Source: Pseudomonadota bacterium (GTDB lineage Bacteria > Desulfobacterota > Desulfobacteria > Desulfobacterales > RPRI01). Taken from it: DNA of 64,000 nt. Both the position numbers and the translations under genes were made by a program. Numbering within the stretch: position 1 is the first letter of the stretch; every line of letters starts with the position of its first letter. The DNA lies in contig JBDRRF010000103.1 in the NCBI GenBank assembly GCA_043825875.1, positions 1 through 64,000 on the forward strand. The letters run 5' to 3'. Positions 1 through 9,572 of the stretch are shown piece after piece. A model generated the notes under the pieces. It made no database searches. It was not told where the DNA came from and saw only the letters and a program-made list of their open reading frames with translations.

Positions 1-245
1 TTTGAGCAGGATAAAAATTAAAACATCCTTGAACAAAACCGGCTATCAAGCAATAATGTAGTGAGGAAAATTTTAGCTGATTTATCATATAATGTTGCTT
101 TTATTCGTTATTCATAAAATTATTGTCGAACTTGGGTTAAAATATAAGTTGCACGGACCTTGGAGGTGCGGAACATAGGGGAATTATAAACCGACGCATG
201 TCCCTCAAAGCCAACGGGTTAACATTATGAAAGGGGCAAATATAT

Positions 246-629
246 ATGGCGAAATACTTTTGTGCAAAATCAGTATCTCTTGAAAAAATTGAGATGATCC
301 TAAAGAATGAATTGGGGTCGATATATAATTTCAAAATCAAAAAAAACAGAGTCTATATAGCTGAAAATTGGTTTATAGGATGCGTATTAAAATATAAATG
401 CAAAAATGCGGTTACTATTTATATCGGTCCGTATATGCCTTTTTGGTTGCGGCTATTATTATTAATTGTAGTTTTTGCTATTTTTTCTGGCATCTTGACT
501 GCAATAACTGGGTACTTTACCCCTGTATCAGGGGGAGTGATTCCACTTTTAATTTTTGTTTTATTAGTTCGGTTACCATCGTATGGCCTTAGACAAAAAA
601 TTGGTCTTATTATCCCTAACTTTGCATAA
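246..629 (+). CDS. Hypothetical membrane protein
   Basis: 127-aa ORF preceded by AAGGGG; two hydrophobic C-terminal segments; no recognised family. Confidence 0.6.
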   Translation: MAKYFCAKSVSLEKIEMILKNELGSIYNFKIKKNRVYIAENWFIGCVLKYKCKNAVTIYIGPYMPFWLRLLLLIVVFAIFSGILTAITGYFTPVSGGVIPLLIFVLLVRLPSYGLRQKIGLIIPNFA

Positions 630-878
630 AAAGTAAAAGGGACAGGCGAATTATGCTTCTAAAATATTCAGATTCAGACAATTGTTTATAGCAAGTTGTT
701 CAGTTCAGGAACTGGGTATGATTCAATCTAAAACAAAACGATCAACATTTTATAAACACAATACTGCTGCTGCTGCAATCCGTGTTTTTTCTATATTTTC
801 CATGTTTATACTTTTAATATCACAATAGATGGAAAATTTTCTATCTATTACAACTGTTATGATTTCTGAGAAATTGAA

Positions 879-2096
879 GTGATAAAACATATTTTTACAT
901 CTGTCATTATAATATTACTATGCATAAACATTGTATGGGGAGCTAATTTAAAAGATCCACACTTACTTTTTATTAGAGATATCGAACTAGTATTATTCTT
1001 AGTGTCAGCATTTTCTTTTCTGGGCATTACACTCTTACATAGGAATATAAAGTTCAAAGTTTTCACTATTTTGTGTATGACAGTGTTATTGGTTGTTGTA
1101 TCTTTTAACGAATACGAATATCAGAATGACTATGAACGTATAGTTGCCAATCCTTCAAATCGATACTCAAAAATAAACCGTCGCCTCATCATTGGATTTA
1201 AGGATAAAGATGAGGCAATACAGCTATCTAAAAATGGGATAGCAGGAATATTTCTCACTAAGAGAAACATTCAAAATGAGACCTTTTCATCCTTGAAAAA
1301 TTTTATATCAGGGCTTCAACGTACAAGAAAAGAACTAGGTCTACCATTATTGATAATTGCTACCGATCAAGAAGGTGGCCCTGTTTCACGTTTGTCCCCG
1401 ATAATTCAAAGACAAGAAGCTCTTGCCTTAGTACATAAAAAAAATCAATCAAGTCTTGATTATGGAAGGAAGCAAGGGGAATTACTAAATGAACTTGGAG
1501 TAACAGTCAACTTCAGCCCCGTAGTAGATTTAAAACCACAGCTTCCACCGAGTAAATTAGACTTCCATTCATTAATTGCAACTAGAGCTATATCCTCAAT
1601 CCCACAAGAAGTGATAAATGTAGCGCTACCATATATTGTAGGCCTACAAGAGAATGGGGTTACAGCAACACTTAAACACTTTCCTGGGTTAGCAAGAGTT
1701 CAGACGGATACACATCATTTTTCTGCATCAATAGATACAGACCTTGTCACCCTAGAAAATACAGACTGGCTCCCATTTACTGAGTTACTTAAAAAGAGTA
1801 ACTCATGGTTGATGCTATCTCATGTAATATTAAAACAAATAGACCCTATAAACCCTGTGTCCACTTCAAAAAAAGTAGTCGACGAATTATTGCGATCTAC
1901 ATTGAAAATCGATAATATTTTAGTAACTGATGATTTAACGATGGGTGCTACCTATAATCGAGGGTTCTGCAAAAGTGTTGTAGAGTCTTATTTAACTAGC
2001 ATCAATTATTTATTAATTGCCTACGATTACGAAAAATATTTTGATGCAGTGATCTGTATCGACAATCATAACAAGTCAAAGCACGCAGAATTGTAA
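879..2096 (+). CDS. Glycoside hydrolase family 3 (NagZ-like beta-N-acetylhexosaminidase) with N-terminal membrane segments
   Basis: Motifs IATDQEGGPVSRL, NFSPVVD, KHFPGLARVQTDTHH, LVTDDLTM; three N-terminal hydrophobic stretches; GTG start. Confidence 0.85.
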   Translation: MIKHIFTSVIIILLCINIVWGANLKDPHLLFIRDIELVLFLVSAFSFLGITLLHRNIKFKVFTILCMTVLLVVVSFNEYEYQNDYERIVANPSNRYSKINRRLIIGFKDKDEAIQLSKNGIAGIFLTKRNIQNETFSSLKNFISGLQRTRKELGLPLLIIATDQEGGPVSRLSPIIQRQEALALVHKKNQSSLDYGRKQGELLNELGVTVNFSPVVDLKPQLPPSKLDFHSLIATRAISSIPQEVINVALPYIVGLQENGVTATLKHFPGLARVQTDTHHFSASIDTDLVTLENTDWLPFTELLKKSNSWLMLSHVILKQIDPINPVSTSKKVVDELLRSTLKIDNILVTDDLTMGATYNRGFCKSVVESYLTSINYLLIAYDYEKYFDAVICIDNHNKSKHAEL

Positions 2097-2168
2097 ATGC
2101 AGTCACCTTTTTTGAAAAAACTCAAAAAAGTCACCAGCATTCACAATCCGGTGTTTGAGGCGTTGTGA
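2066..2168 (+). mobile_element. Integron attC-like recombination site
   Basis: R'' TCATAAC (2066-2072) and R' GTTGTGA (2162-2168); L boxes AAAGCAC / GTGTTT with one extra base; 5-nt spacers AAGTC / GAGGC; inner arms ATTGTAAATGC / GCATTCACAAT and CTTTTTTG / CAAAAAAG. Confidence 0.75.
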
Positions 2169-2276
2169 AGAAAATGAAAATATTTACCATCATATTTTTT
2201 CTTCTAATTCCAAATTTGGCTTTAGGAATTAAAAAAGCATATATGGTTTTGGTAAAAAATCGGAATCATCCGATTA

Positions 2277-2573
2277 TTATTTAACCTTCAAGTCGTGATT
2301 AACAAGATTCTCCTTTGCTTTTTCAAGGGGTACCTCTTTTAAAGTCATTCCACAAAGAGGACACTTGCCTGGCTTGTCGGAAATCACATTCCAGTCCATC
2401 TGATCCTGAAAAACTTTTCCGTCCTTATTTTCATCTATTGCCATTAAATCGATCACTCCTTTGCGGACGATTGGATTTTGTTCCTTTGCCGGTTCCTGTG
2501 CACATGAAAAAGCTGCAAAAAATAATGCAAAAACAATGATTATAGAGATTGTTCTACCTGCCTTAGTTGCCAT
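2277..2573 (-). CDS. Small exported, probably lipid-anchored, heavy-metal-binding domain protein
   Basis: Hydrophobic signal ending FSC; MDWNVISDKPGKCPLCGMTL motif; AGGAG RBS; last gene of the cus operon. Confidence 0.8.
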   Translation of the reverse strand: MATKAGRTISIIIVFALFFAAFSCAQEPAKEQNPIVRKGVIDLMAIDENKDGKVFQDQMDWNVISDKPGKCPLCGMTLKEVPLEKAKENLVNHDLKVK

Positions 2574-2611
2574 GACTTCCTCCTTTTACAATTTTTCAAA
2601 TCATTTGCTTT

Positions 2612-5600
2612 TTAAAGATTGCTTTCTATCAGCATATTCTGTTTTCTCATCTCTCTTCTTTTTAATGCATAGAAAATAGCGGGGAAAATTGTCAGTTCCA
2701 TGATCATGCTTGTAAAAATGCCGCCTGCCATCGGCGCAGCGATTCGTTTCATCACATCACCACCCGCACCGTGCCCGATAAGGATAGGCAAAAGACCGAA
2801 GAACAGCACAAGTACGGTCATCATTTTAGGACGAATCCTTTTTACTGCTCCTTCAAATATTGATTCTCTTAAATCGGCATAGGATTTAAGAGCACCCCGC
2901 TTCTTCCAGCCCTCATAAGCGATATCTAAATACAGCAGCATCACCACGCCTGTTTCAGCATCGACTCCCAATAGAGCAATAATACCAACCCACACGGCTA
3001 CACTTAAATGAAATCCGGCAAGATAAAGATACCATACGGCTCCAACCATGGAGAAGGGCAACGCCAGAAGGATAATGCCTGTTTTAACAAAAGATTTCGT
3101 GTTGAAATATAGAAGCATGATGACGATTAAAAATGTCAAAGGCAAAACTACAGCTAATCTTTGCCCGGCCCGTTCCATATATTCAAACTGACCGCTCCAT
3201 TTTAAAGAATAACCCTGGGGCAGTTTTACTTCTGCCGCGATTATTTCTTGGGCTTTTTTTACGTATGTTCCTACATCTATATTTTCAATATCAATATAAA
3301 CCCAGGCGTTCGGTCTGGCGTTTTCGGACTTTATCATGGGTGGGCCCTTGCGAATTTGAACATCGCCCAATTCCGCCAAAGGTATATTACCCCCACCCGG
3401 CAGGGGCACAAGCACCCTTTTGAGTGCATCGATATTTTCGCGGTAATCCCTCTGGTATCGCAAGTTAACCGGGTAACGTTCCAATCCTTCGACAGTTTTT
3501 GTAACATTCATTCCGCCAACGGCAGACATAAAAACTCTTTGCACATCAGCTATTGTAAGACCGTATCTGGCAATTGCTTCTCTGTTAATACTAAAATCCA
3601 CATAATTGCCACCGACAGAGCGTTCAGCAAAAACCGACCGGGTACCGGGTATCTTTTTCGCTACTTCCTCAATCCGCTTGCCTATGTCCTGCAATACATC
3701 CAGCTCCGGCCCTGCTATTTTAATACCAACGGGCGTCTTAATCCCCGTTGAAAGCATGTCAATTCTCGTTTTGATGGGCATCGTCCAGGCATTGGTAACA
3801 CCGGGAAACTTAACAACGGCATCCAGTTCTTCAACGAGTTTCTCCCGTGTCATGCCGGCACGCCACTGATCTTCAGGTTTTAGTTGAATCGTTGTTTCAA
3901 TCATGGACAGAGGCGCAGGATCGGTAGCAGTATCGGCCCTGCCGATTTTTCCGAATACGGATTTTACTTCCGGGAATGTTTTTATGAGCTTGTCTGTCTG
4001 CTGAAGAATCTCACGCGCTTTTGTAATAGAAATGCCGGGAAGAGTAGTAGGCATATATAAAAGATCCCCCTCATACAAGGGAGGCATGAATTCCGAACCA
4101 AGTTTGGAGAAAGGTATATAGGTAATACCCACAATGATTATCGCAATAACAATAACCACCCAACGGGCTTTCATCACAAAATCAACGACGGGGTGATAAA
4201 TTTTCATCATTAGTTTTGTAATAGGATTTTCTTCTTCACTTTTCATTTTACCACGGATGAAGAATCCCATTAATACGGGAATAATGGTAATGGAAAGTAT
4301 TGCAGCCGCGCCCATCGAATATGTTTTTGTGAAGGCTAATGGCTTGAATAATCTTCCTTCCTGCGCCTCCAATGTAAATACTGGTAAGAAGGAAACCGTG
4401 ATAACTAAAAGTGAAAAAAAGATTGAAGGTCCAACTTCTTTTGCTGACTCGAGAATGACCGCCCAGTGGGGACGCTTCTCTTCTTCAGATAATATTTGAT
4501 TCTTAACAAGGTGAGAGTGTGAGTTTTCCACCATGATTATTGCGGCATCCACCATGGCACCGATCGCAATTGCGATACCTCCCAAGGACATGATGTTGGC
4601 ATTAATGCCCTGGAAATGCATTACAAGCAGTGCGGCAAGAACGGCAGTGGGCAAGGTGAAGATGATAACCAGGGAGCTGCGAAAGTGCATCAGAAACACA
4701 ATAATAACCAAGGCGACGATCAGTCCCTCTTCTATGAGTTTTTGCCCCAGATTATTAACTGCTTTATGTATCAAAGTTGATCTGTCGTAAACGGGAACTA
4801 TTTGCACATCGGGGGGAAGAGAAGCTTGCAATTCCTTAAGCCTTTGTTTGACCCTGTTGATCACAGCCAACCCGTTTTCACCAAAACGCTGGACTATTAT
4901 TCCCCCGACTACCTCTCCTTCTCCATCAAGCTCGGCAATGCCTCTTCTCAGCTCAGGACCAATATCTATATTGGCTACATCTTTCAGGTAAACCGGCGTA
5001 CCGGAGTTTTTGTTTCTTCCTATGGCAATATTTTTCAGGTCTTCTATACCTTTTATATATCCAAGGCCTCTTACCATAAACTCGGTCTCGCCCATTTCCA
5101 TTAATCTGCCGCCTACATCGTTATTGCTTTCTAGTATTGCCATCCTTATCTTGCTTAAGGGGATGTCATATGAAGCAAGTTTTGTGGGATCAACATTAAC
5201 CTGGTACTGCTTAACGAATCCTCCTATACTTGCAACTTCCGACACTCCCGGCAAAGATGTTAATTCATAACGCAAAAACCAATCCTGAATTGAGCGCAGT
5301 TCCTGTAGACTTTTCGTTTTGGATGTTAATGCATATTGATAAACCCAGCCCAATCCAGTGGCATCCGGTCCAAGTTGAGGAGTAACTCCTTCCGGTAAAG
5401 AGCTTCTCATCGAACTTAAATATTCCAGCACCCGGCTTCTTGCCCAATATAAATCCGTACCATCTTCAAAGATTATATATACCATCGAGAAGCCGAAAAA
5501 AGAAAATCCCCGGACATCTTTTGCGTATGGTACAGACAACATTTTGGTTGTGAGTGGATATGTTACCTGATCTTCTACTAGCTGCGGGCCTTGCCCTGAA

Positions 5601-5791
5601 TAATCAGTATAAATAATTACCTGGACATCGCTTAAATCGGGAATGGCATCTACCGCCGTATTCTTAATTGCCCATATACCTCCCATAATCAATGCCACAG
5701 TAAGTATGATAACAAACACTCTGTTATTGATTGACCACTCAATTATCCTGGCAATTATTCCCTCTTTATCCGAGTTGCTGTCATGTATCAT
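2612..5791 (-). CDS. cusA: CusA/CzcA-family heavy-metal efflux RND permease
   Basis: 1059 aa; DAIPDLSDVQVI, GPDATGLGWVYQY, AIGAMVDAAIIMVEN, EFMPPLYEGDLLYMP, DPAPLSMIET and WTMPIKTRIDMLSTG (Met-rich Cu/Ag-type sites). Confidence 0.95.
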   Translation of the reverse strand: MIHDSNSDKEGIIARIIEWSINNRVFVIILTVALIMGGIWAIKNTAVDAIPDLSDVQVIIYTDYSGQGPQLVEDQVTYPLTTKMLSVPYAKDVRGFSFFGFSMVYIIFEDGTDLYWARSRVLEYLSSMRSSLPEGVTPQLGPDATGLGWVYQYALTSKTKSLQELRSIQDWFLRYELTSLPGVSEVASIGGFVKQYQVNVDPTKLASYDIPLSKIRMAILESNNDVGGRLMEMGETEFMVRGLGYIKGIEDLKNIAIGRNKNSGTPVYLKDVANIDIGPELRRGIAELDGEGEVVGGIIVQRFGENGLAVINRVKQRLKELQASLPPDVQIVPVYDRSTLIHKAVNNLGQKLIEEGLIVALVIIVFLMHFRSSLVIIFTLPTAVLAALLVMHFQGINANIMSLGGIAIAIGAMVDAAIIMVENSHSHLVKNQILSEEEKRPHWAVILESAKEVGPSIFFSLLVITVSFLPVFTLEAQEGRLFKPLAFTKTYSMGAAAILSITIIPVLMGFFIRGKMKSEEENPITKLMMKIYHPVVDFVMKARWVVIVIAIIIVGITYIPFSKLGSEFMPPLYEGDLLYMPTTLPGISITKAREILQQTDKLIKTFPEVKSVFGKIGRADTATDPAPLSMIETTIQLKPEDQWRAGMTREKLVEELDAVVKFPGVTNAWTMPIKTRIDMLSTGIKTPVGIKIAGPELDVLQDIGKRIEEVAKKIPGTRSVFAERSVGGNYVDFSINREAIARYGLTIADVQRVFMSAVGGMNVTKTVEGLERYPVNLRYQRDYRENIDALKRVLVPLPGGGNIPLAELGDVQIRKGPPMIKSENARPNAWVYIDIENIDVGTYVKKAQEIIAAEVKLPQGYSLKWSGQFEYMERAGQRLAVVLPLTFLIVIMLLYFNTKSFVKTGIILLALPFSMVGAVWYLYLAGFHLSVAVWVGIIALLGVDAETGVVMLLYLDIAYEGWKKRGALKSYADLRESIFEGAVKRIRPKMMTVLVLFFGLLPILIGHGAGGDVMKRIAAPMAGGIFTSMIMELTIFPAIFYALKRREMRKQNMLIESNL

Positions 5792-5851
5792 TTATCTTCT
5801 CCGAAAATATTCAGGAAGGATGCAAACGTAAATGTTCTTATTGATAAATTC

Positions 5852-5964
5852 GTAAAAAGCCCCAAAACCGTCATACCGACGAAAGCCTGTGTCCAGAACA
5901 TATTGAAATACTGGATGCCGGATCGGGTCCGTCATGACAAAACAGGTGTTGTCCGACTTTTTAC
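5852..5964. repeat. Small palindromic REP/MITE-like element between cusB and cusA
   Basis: Terminal inverted repeat GTAAAAAG ... CTTTTTAC; nested arms GTCAT ... ATGAC and TCCAG ... CTGGA. Confidence 0.6.
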
Positions 5965-7511
5965 TATTTATGCTTTAGACCGTGTTCCATTAAGTTTTTC
6001 TTTACATCCTTTATGCTAAACTCTTTCAACGTCATGCCGCATAAGGGGCAGGTTCCTGGCTCATCGGAAATTACATTCCAGTCCATCACATCCTCATAAA
6101 GTTTGCCGTCTTTATTCTTATCAATTGCTTCTAAATCAATGACTCCTTCTCTTATTCTCGGATCATTGTTTTCCATCTTTGCTTTGTTATCACTATCCTC
6201 CATAGATTCCATCTTGTCCGGCTCATCTTTTTTGGTTGAACTGCCAAATTGTGATAATGCAGCCTTCAGGTTGCTTTCAGAATCTATGAGAAATTGTGCC
6301 GATGTAACAATAGTATTACCTGCGGCCAAACCTTCAAGAACCTGATAGTAGCCGTCGGAATAAACTCCTAATTTTACTTCAGCAGGCTTAAACTTACCTT
6401 CATCCAAAGCAAGTATTACTATATTTTGTTGTCCGCTTCTTAAGACAGCCTGCTCAGGTATTACAGGATAAGCCCCTGTCGGCTTTCCCTTTATTACGAC
6501 ATTTGCAAACATCGCTGGTTTAAGTTCTCCATTATGATTATCTATGTCAATCCTGACTCTTGCCGTCCTCGTTTTATTATCAATAGTTGGATAAATAAAA
6601 GAGATTTTGCCATGATAGGTTTTTCCCGGCAGGTAATTGAATGTAATTTCCGCAGATAGACCCGACTGTATTTTAGACAATTCATATTCGTATACATCAG
6701 CTATCAACCACAGGCTTGAAAGATCGGCTATACGCAGCAGCGTGGTACCCGCCATAATCTTCTGGCCTTCAACAACGTTTTTTTCTATTACGGTTCCGCT
6801 GTTCTGGGCATAAAGAGTTATATATGTTTTTACTTCTCCGGTAGTTTTAAGTCTTTCAATTTCACTTGCCGGAATTTCAAGCAATTCCAATTTTTTTTCA
6901 GCACTTTTTAACAATTCATCTCCACTTGCAGCAGCTTCAGGGAAGCCGGAGCTTTTAACAGATTTTTTATAGGAAACAGCTGTTAGTAATTCCTGCTGGG
7001 CTGCCACAAGTTCGGGCGAATATATATCCATGAGTTTTTCACCCTTTTTTACAACCTGGCCAGTGTAGTTTACATACAATTTTTCTACCCATCCGGTTAC
7101 TCTTGTGGTGGCAATATACTCGGTCTTTTCATTTTGGACCAAAATACCGTTTGTAATAACCTTGGGGCTAAGCTCTCTATTTTCAACAACAGCGGTTTTC
7201 ACATTCATGTTTTGCTGCATCGCACCATTTATCGTTACAGTACCGGCAGAAGAAGCCTCATCTTCATAAACAGGCACTAAGTCCATACCCATTTGCGATT
7301 TGCCCGGTTGCTTATATATTTCATTAGGGTTCATCGGAGCGCGCCAGAATAAAATCTTTTTTTCTTTTTTTGTTTGATCATTTTGGGCGGTTTTTACCGG
7401 TGAAGCGGAATCTTTATGTTGGTTCTTTCCAAGATAAAAAATACCCGCCGCAACGATAACAAATGCCAGGAGAATAATAATTATGATTGATTTCTTTTTC
7501 ACGCCGAGCAC
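5964..7511 (-). CDS. cusB: CusB-family efflux RND periplasmic adaptor with N- and C-terminal metal-binding domains
   Basis: N-terminal TM; FWRAPMNP...PGKSQMGMDLVP; YSPELVAAQQE; LKPAMFA; SAQFLIDSES; extra C-terminal CPLCGM domain. Confidence 0.9.
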   Translation of the reverse strand: MLGVKKKSIIIIILLAFVIVAAGIFYLGKNQHKDSASPVKTAQNDQTKKEKKILFWRAPMNPNEIYKQPGKSQMGMDLVPVYEDEASSAGTVTINGAMQQNMNVKTAVVENRELSPKVITNGILVQNEKTEYIATTRVTGWVEKLYVNYTGQVVKKGEKLMDIYSPELVAAQQELLTAVSYKKSVKSSGFPEAAASGDELLKSAEKKLELLEIPASEIERLKTTGEVKTYITLYAQNSGTVIEKNVVEGQKIMAGTTLLRIADLSSLWLIADVYEYELSKIQSGLSAEITFNYLPGKTYHGKISFIYPTIDNKTRTARVRIDIDNHNGELKPAMFANVVIKGKPTGAYPVIPEQAVLRSGQQNIVILALDEGKFKPAEVKLGVYSDGYYQVLEGLAAGNTIVTSAQFLIDSESNLKAALSQFGSSTKKDEPDKMESMEDSDNKAKMENNDPRIREGVIDLEAIDKNKDGKLYEDVMDWNVISDEPGTCPLCGMTLKEFSIKDVKKNLMEHGLKHK

Positions 7512-7528
7512 TCCTTAATTATCTTGTT

Positions 7529-8803
7529 CTATCCTAATTCTTTTGTACCGGTTAAGAACTTCAATTCTTCAATTTCTTTAAGATAATCTACTGTCAGCCG
7601 ATATAAATTCGTCTGCACCTGGTACAATTTATTTTGTGCATCAATGACATTGATAAAATCGACCTGCCCCACCTGGTAGCTGGATAAGGTTGTGGAAAAA
7701 GTCTGCTGTGCCTGGGGAAGCTGGACTTCTTGAATCAGCTTGATTCTTTTACGAAGAGAATTCAACATGGAAATCGATGTCCCGAAATTCCCATCAAGCA
7801 TCTGCAAAGAGAGATGATACTGAGCATCGTACATTGTTTGCAAAGCCTGAGTCTCTTTAACTTTTGAGGAAACTTTTCCGCCAAAATTAAGGGGGATGGA
7901 TATACCCACCATAAAGCTTGCAAAATCGGCAAGGTCGGTATTTGTTTTTGCTATTTCATCTCTTTGAGAATATTGAACAGAAAAATTGAAATTGGGATAG
8001 TAGTCATATTGCGCCAACTTTTCCTGTAGTTTTGCTTTTTGCTTAGCAAGTTTAATGCCCGTCAAATATGGTCTGTTTTGTATCACCAGCGATTCCAGCT
8101 GCTGTTGAGTAAGCTTATAATATTGAAGTTCGGGAAGATCGTCTGTGGCTATTTGCGTATCCTGAGATTGCAGCAGCAAGGCGTTCAGCATTGCAGTAAC
8201 CATATTCTCTTTATTTTTTAATTCTTCAATTTTATCGTTTAAGTTTGTTATTTCTAATTCAACCTTAAACAGATTTTGCTGGCTTGATTTTCCTACAGTA
8301 TAATTTGTTCTCACAACCTGAGTGATATCATGAAGTAGTTTCAGGTTTTCTTTTGCCACTTCAATGGCTTTTCTGACAAAAATCATTTCGTAATAATTTT
8401 GAGAAACACTTTTCACAATATCATTTTTAGCGTCCTCGATTTCCTGCTTCACAATTTCGGCTGCTTTGTTTTTTACATCCCGAATAGAATCAAGCTTTCC
8501 GGGAAAGGGAACGGCCTGGCTAAGGCCGATTATTTTTCCGGTCATTGGCTCCTGGGTAAAGGAGAATGTATCGGTAGGCAAATTTGCTACGCCTAATGTA
8601 AGCATGGGATCAGGCAAATGCGAATCAACATTGCTTTGCATTTGGGCCGCTTTGTATTTTGCCTCAAACATTCTTAGCTTAGGGCTGACTTCTATGGCTT
8701 TGTTTACCATGGTATCGAGGATAGTTGGCTGGGCAAAAGCATTGATCGGAATGAAGCACAATAAAAGGTACAGACATATTTTTGATGTTCTGGTCATGAT
8801 CAT
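7529..8803 (-). CDS. TolC-family outer-membrane efflux protein (CusC role)
   Basis: Signal peptide; LPDPML and QAVPFPGKL motifs; SYQVGQVDFINVIDAQ; first gene of the operon. Confidence 0.88.
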   Translation of the reverse strand: MIMTRTSKICLYLLLCFIPINAFAQPTILDTMVNKAIEVSPKLRMFEAKYKAAQMQSNVDSHLPDPMLTLGVANLPTDTFSFTQEPMTGKIIGLSQAVPFPGKLDSIRDVKNKAAEIVKQEIEDAKNDIVKSVSQNYYEMIFVRKAIEVAKENLKLLHDITQVVRTNYTVGKSSQQNLFKVELEITNLNDKIEELKNKENMVTAMLNALLLQSQDTQIATDDLPELQYYKLTQQQLESLVIQNRPYLTGIKLAKQKAKLQEKLAQYDYYPNFNFSVQYSQRDEIAKTNTDLADFASFMVGISIPLNFGGKVSSKVKETQALQTMYDAQYHLSLQMLDGNFGTSISMLNSLRKRIKLIQEVQLPQAQQTFSTTLSSYQVGQVDFINVIDAQNKLYQVQTNLYRLTVDYLKEIEELKFLTGTKELG

Positions 8804-9572
8804 CTTCCTAAAAGATATATTCTTCTTTTGACGGATCTTTTTTATGCCTGATCAGTTTCTCTAAATGCCATGTTCTTTCTGTTTTCATCATAGTTGTTTT
8901 ATAAATAAAGTCAACGAGATATCATTGATACTTACAGTCTGAATATACAACCCCAAACCCTAACCAGCCGAGATTGACTTTATGCGAAACCAAAATATAT
9001 TTCATACATTTTTAATAGGATAAGTATAATAGTTTCTGCTGTCAATATTCTAATTTAATTTAAAAAAATATATGCGGTTGTTTTTATGGTAAATATACAG
9101 GATTGATACTACTGGCTAACAACAACCGGAACCGATATATTGAAAAGAATTGCAGTGCCGAAGATGATTCCATAAACTCCCTATTAGAAACTATCTCAAT
9201 AAAAGATTGCCGTATTTTGATATAATATATTCTAATTAGCTTAATTATTGACTCATTCTGCCTTGATAGTGTATTATGTTTCCATTATTTTTATATAATT
9301 TAATGAATGTATAAAAATGGCTTTTAAACACGTAATCAATAATTCAGTTTATTCTCCACTTAATATTTGCAAAATCTATACATTTTGCAAAAAATTATCG
9401 GTTTATACAGATAATTACCGGTCCAATATTTTTTGCAGTTCTAATACTTTTTATTATATATATTCAGAAAACGGTATTATACTGATGACATAATACTTTA
9501 TTTTTATTCAAACAATATTTCAGCTCAGATACCAGTAAGTTAAATTTAAAGAAAGGACTTGGTCTTTCACAA

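Noticed and set aside
140..240. Riboswitch or structured leader upstream of the first ORF
   Set aside because: No match to riboswitch consensus motifs that I can recognise.
730..862. A second attC upstream of the GH3 cassette
   Set aside because: Only short palindromes (e.g. AATAGATGGAAAATTTTCTATCTATT); no R''/L box arrangement pairing with the GTT at 856.
5783..6019. 78-aa plus-strand ORF
   Set aside because: Runs through the palindromic element and antisense to cus genes.
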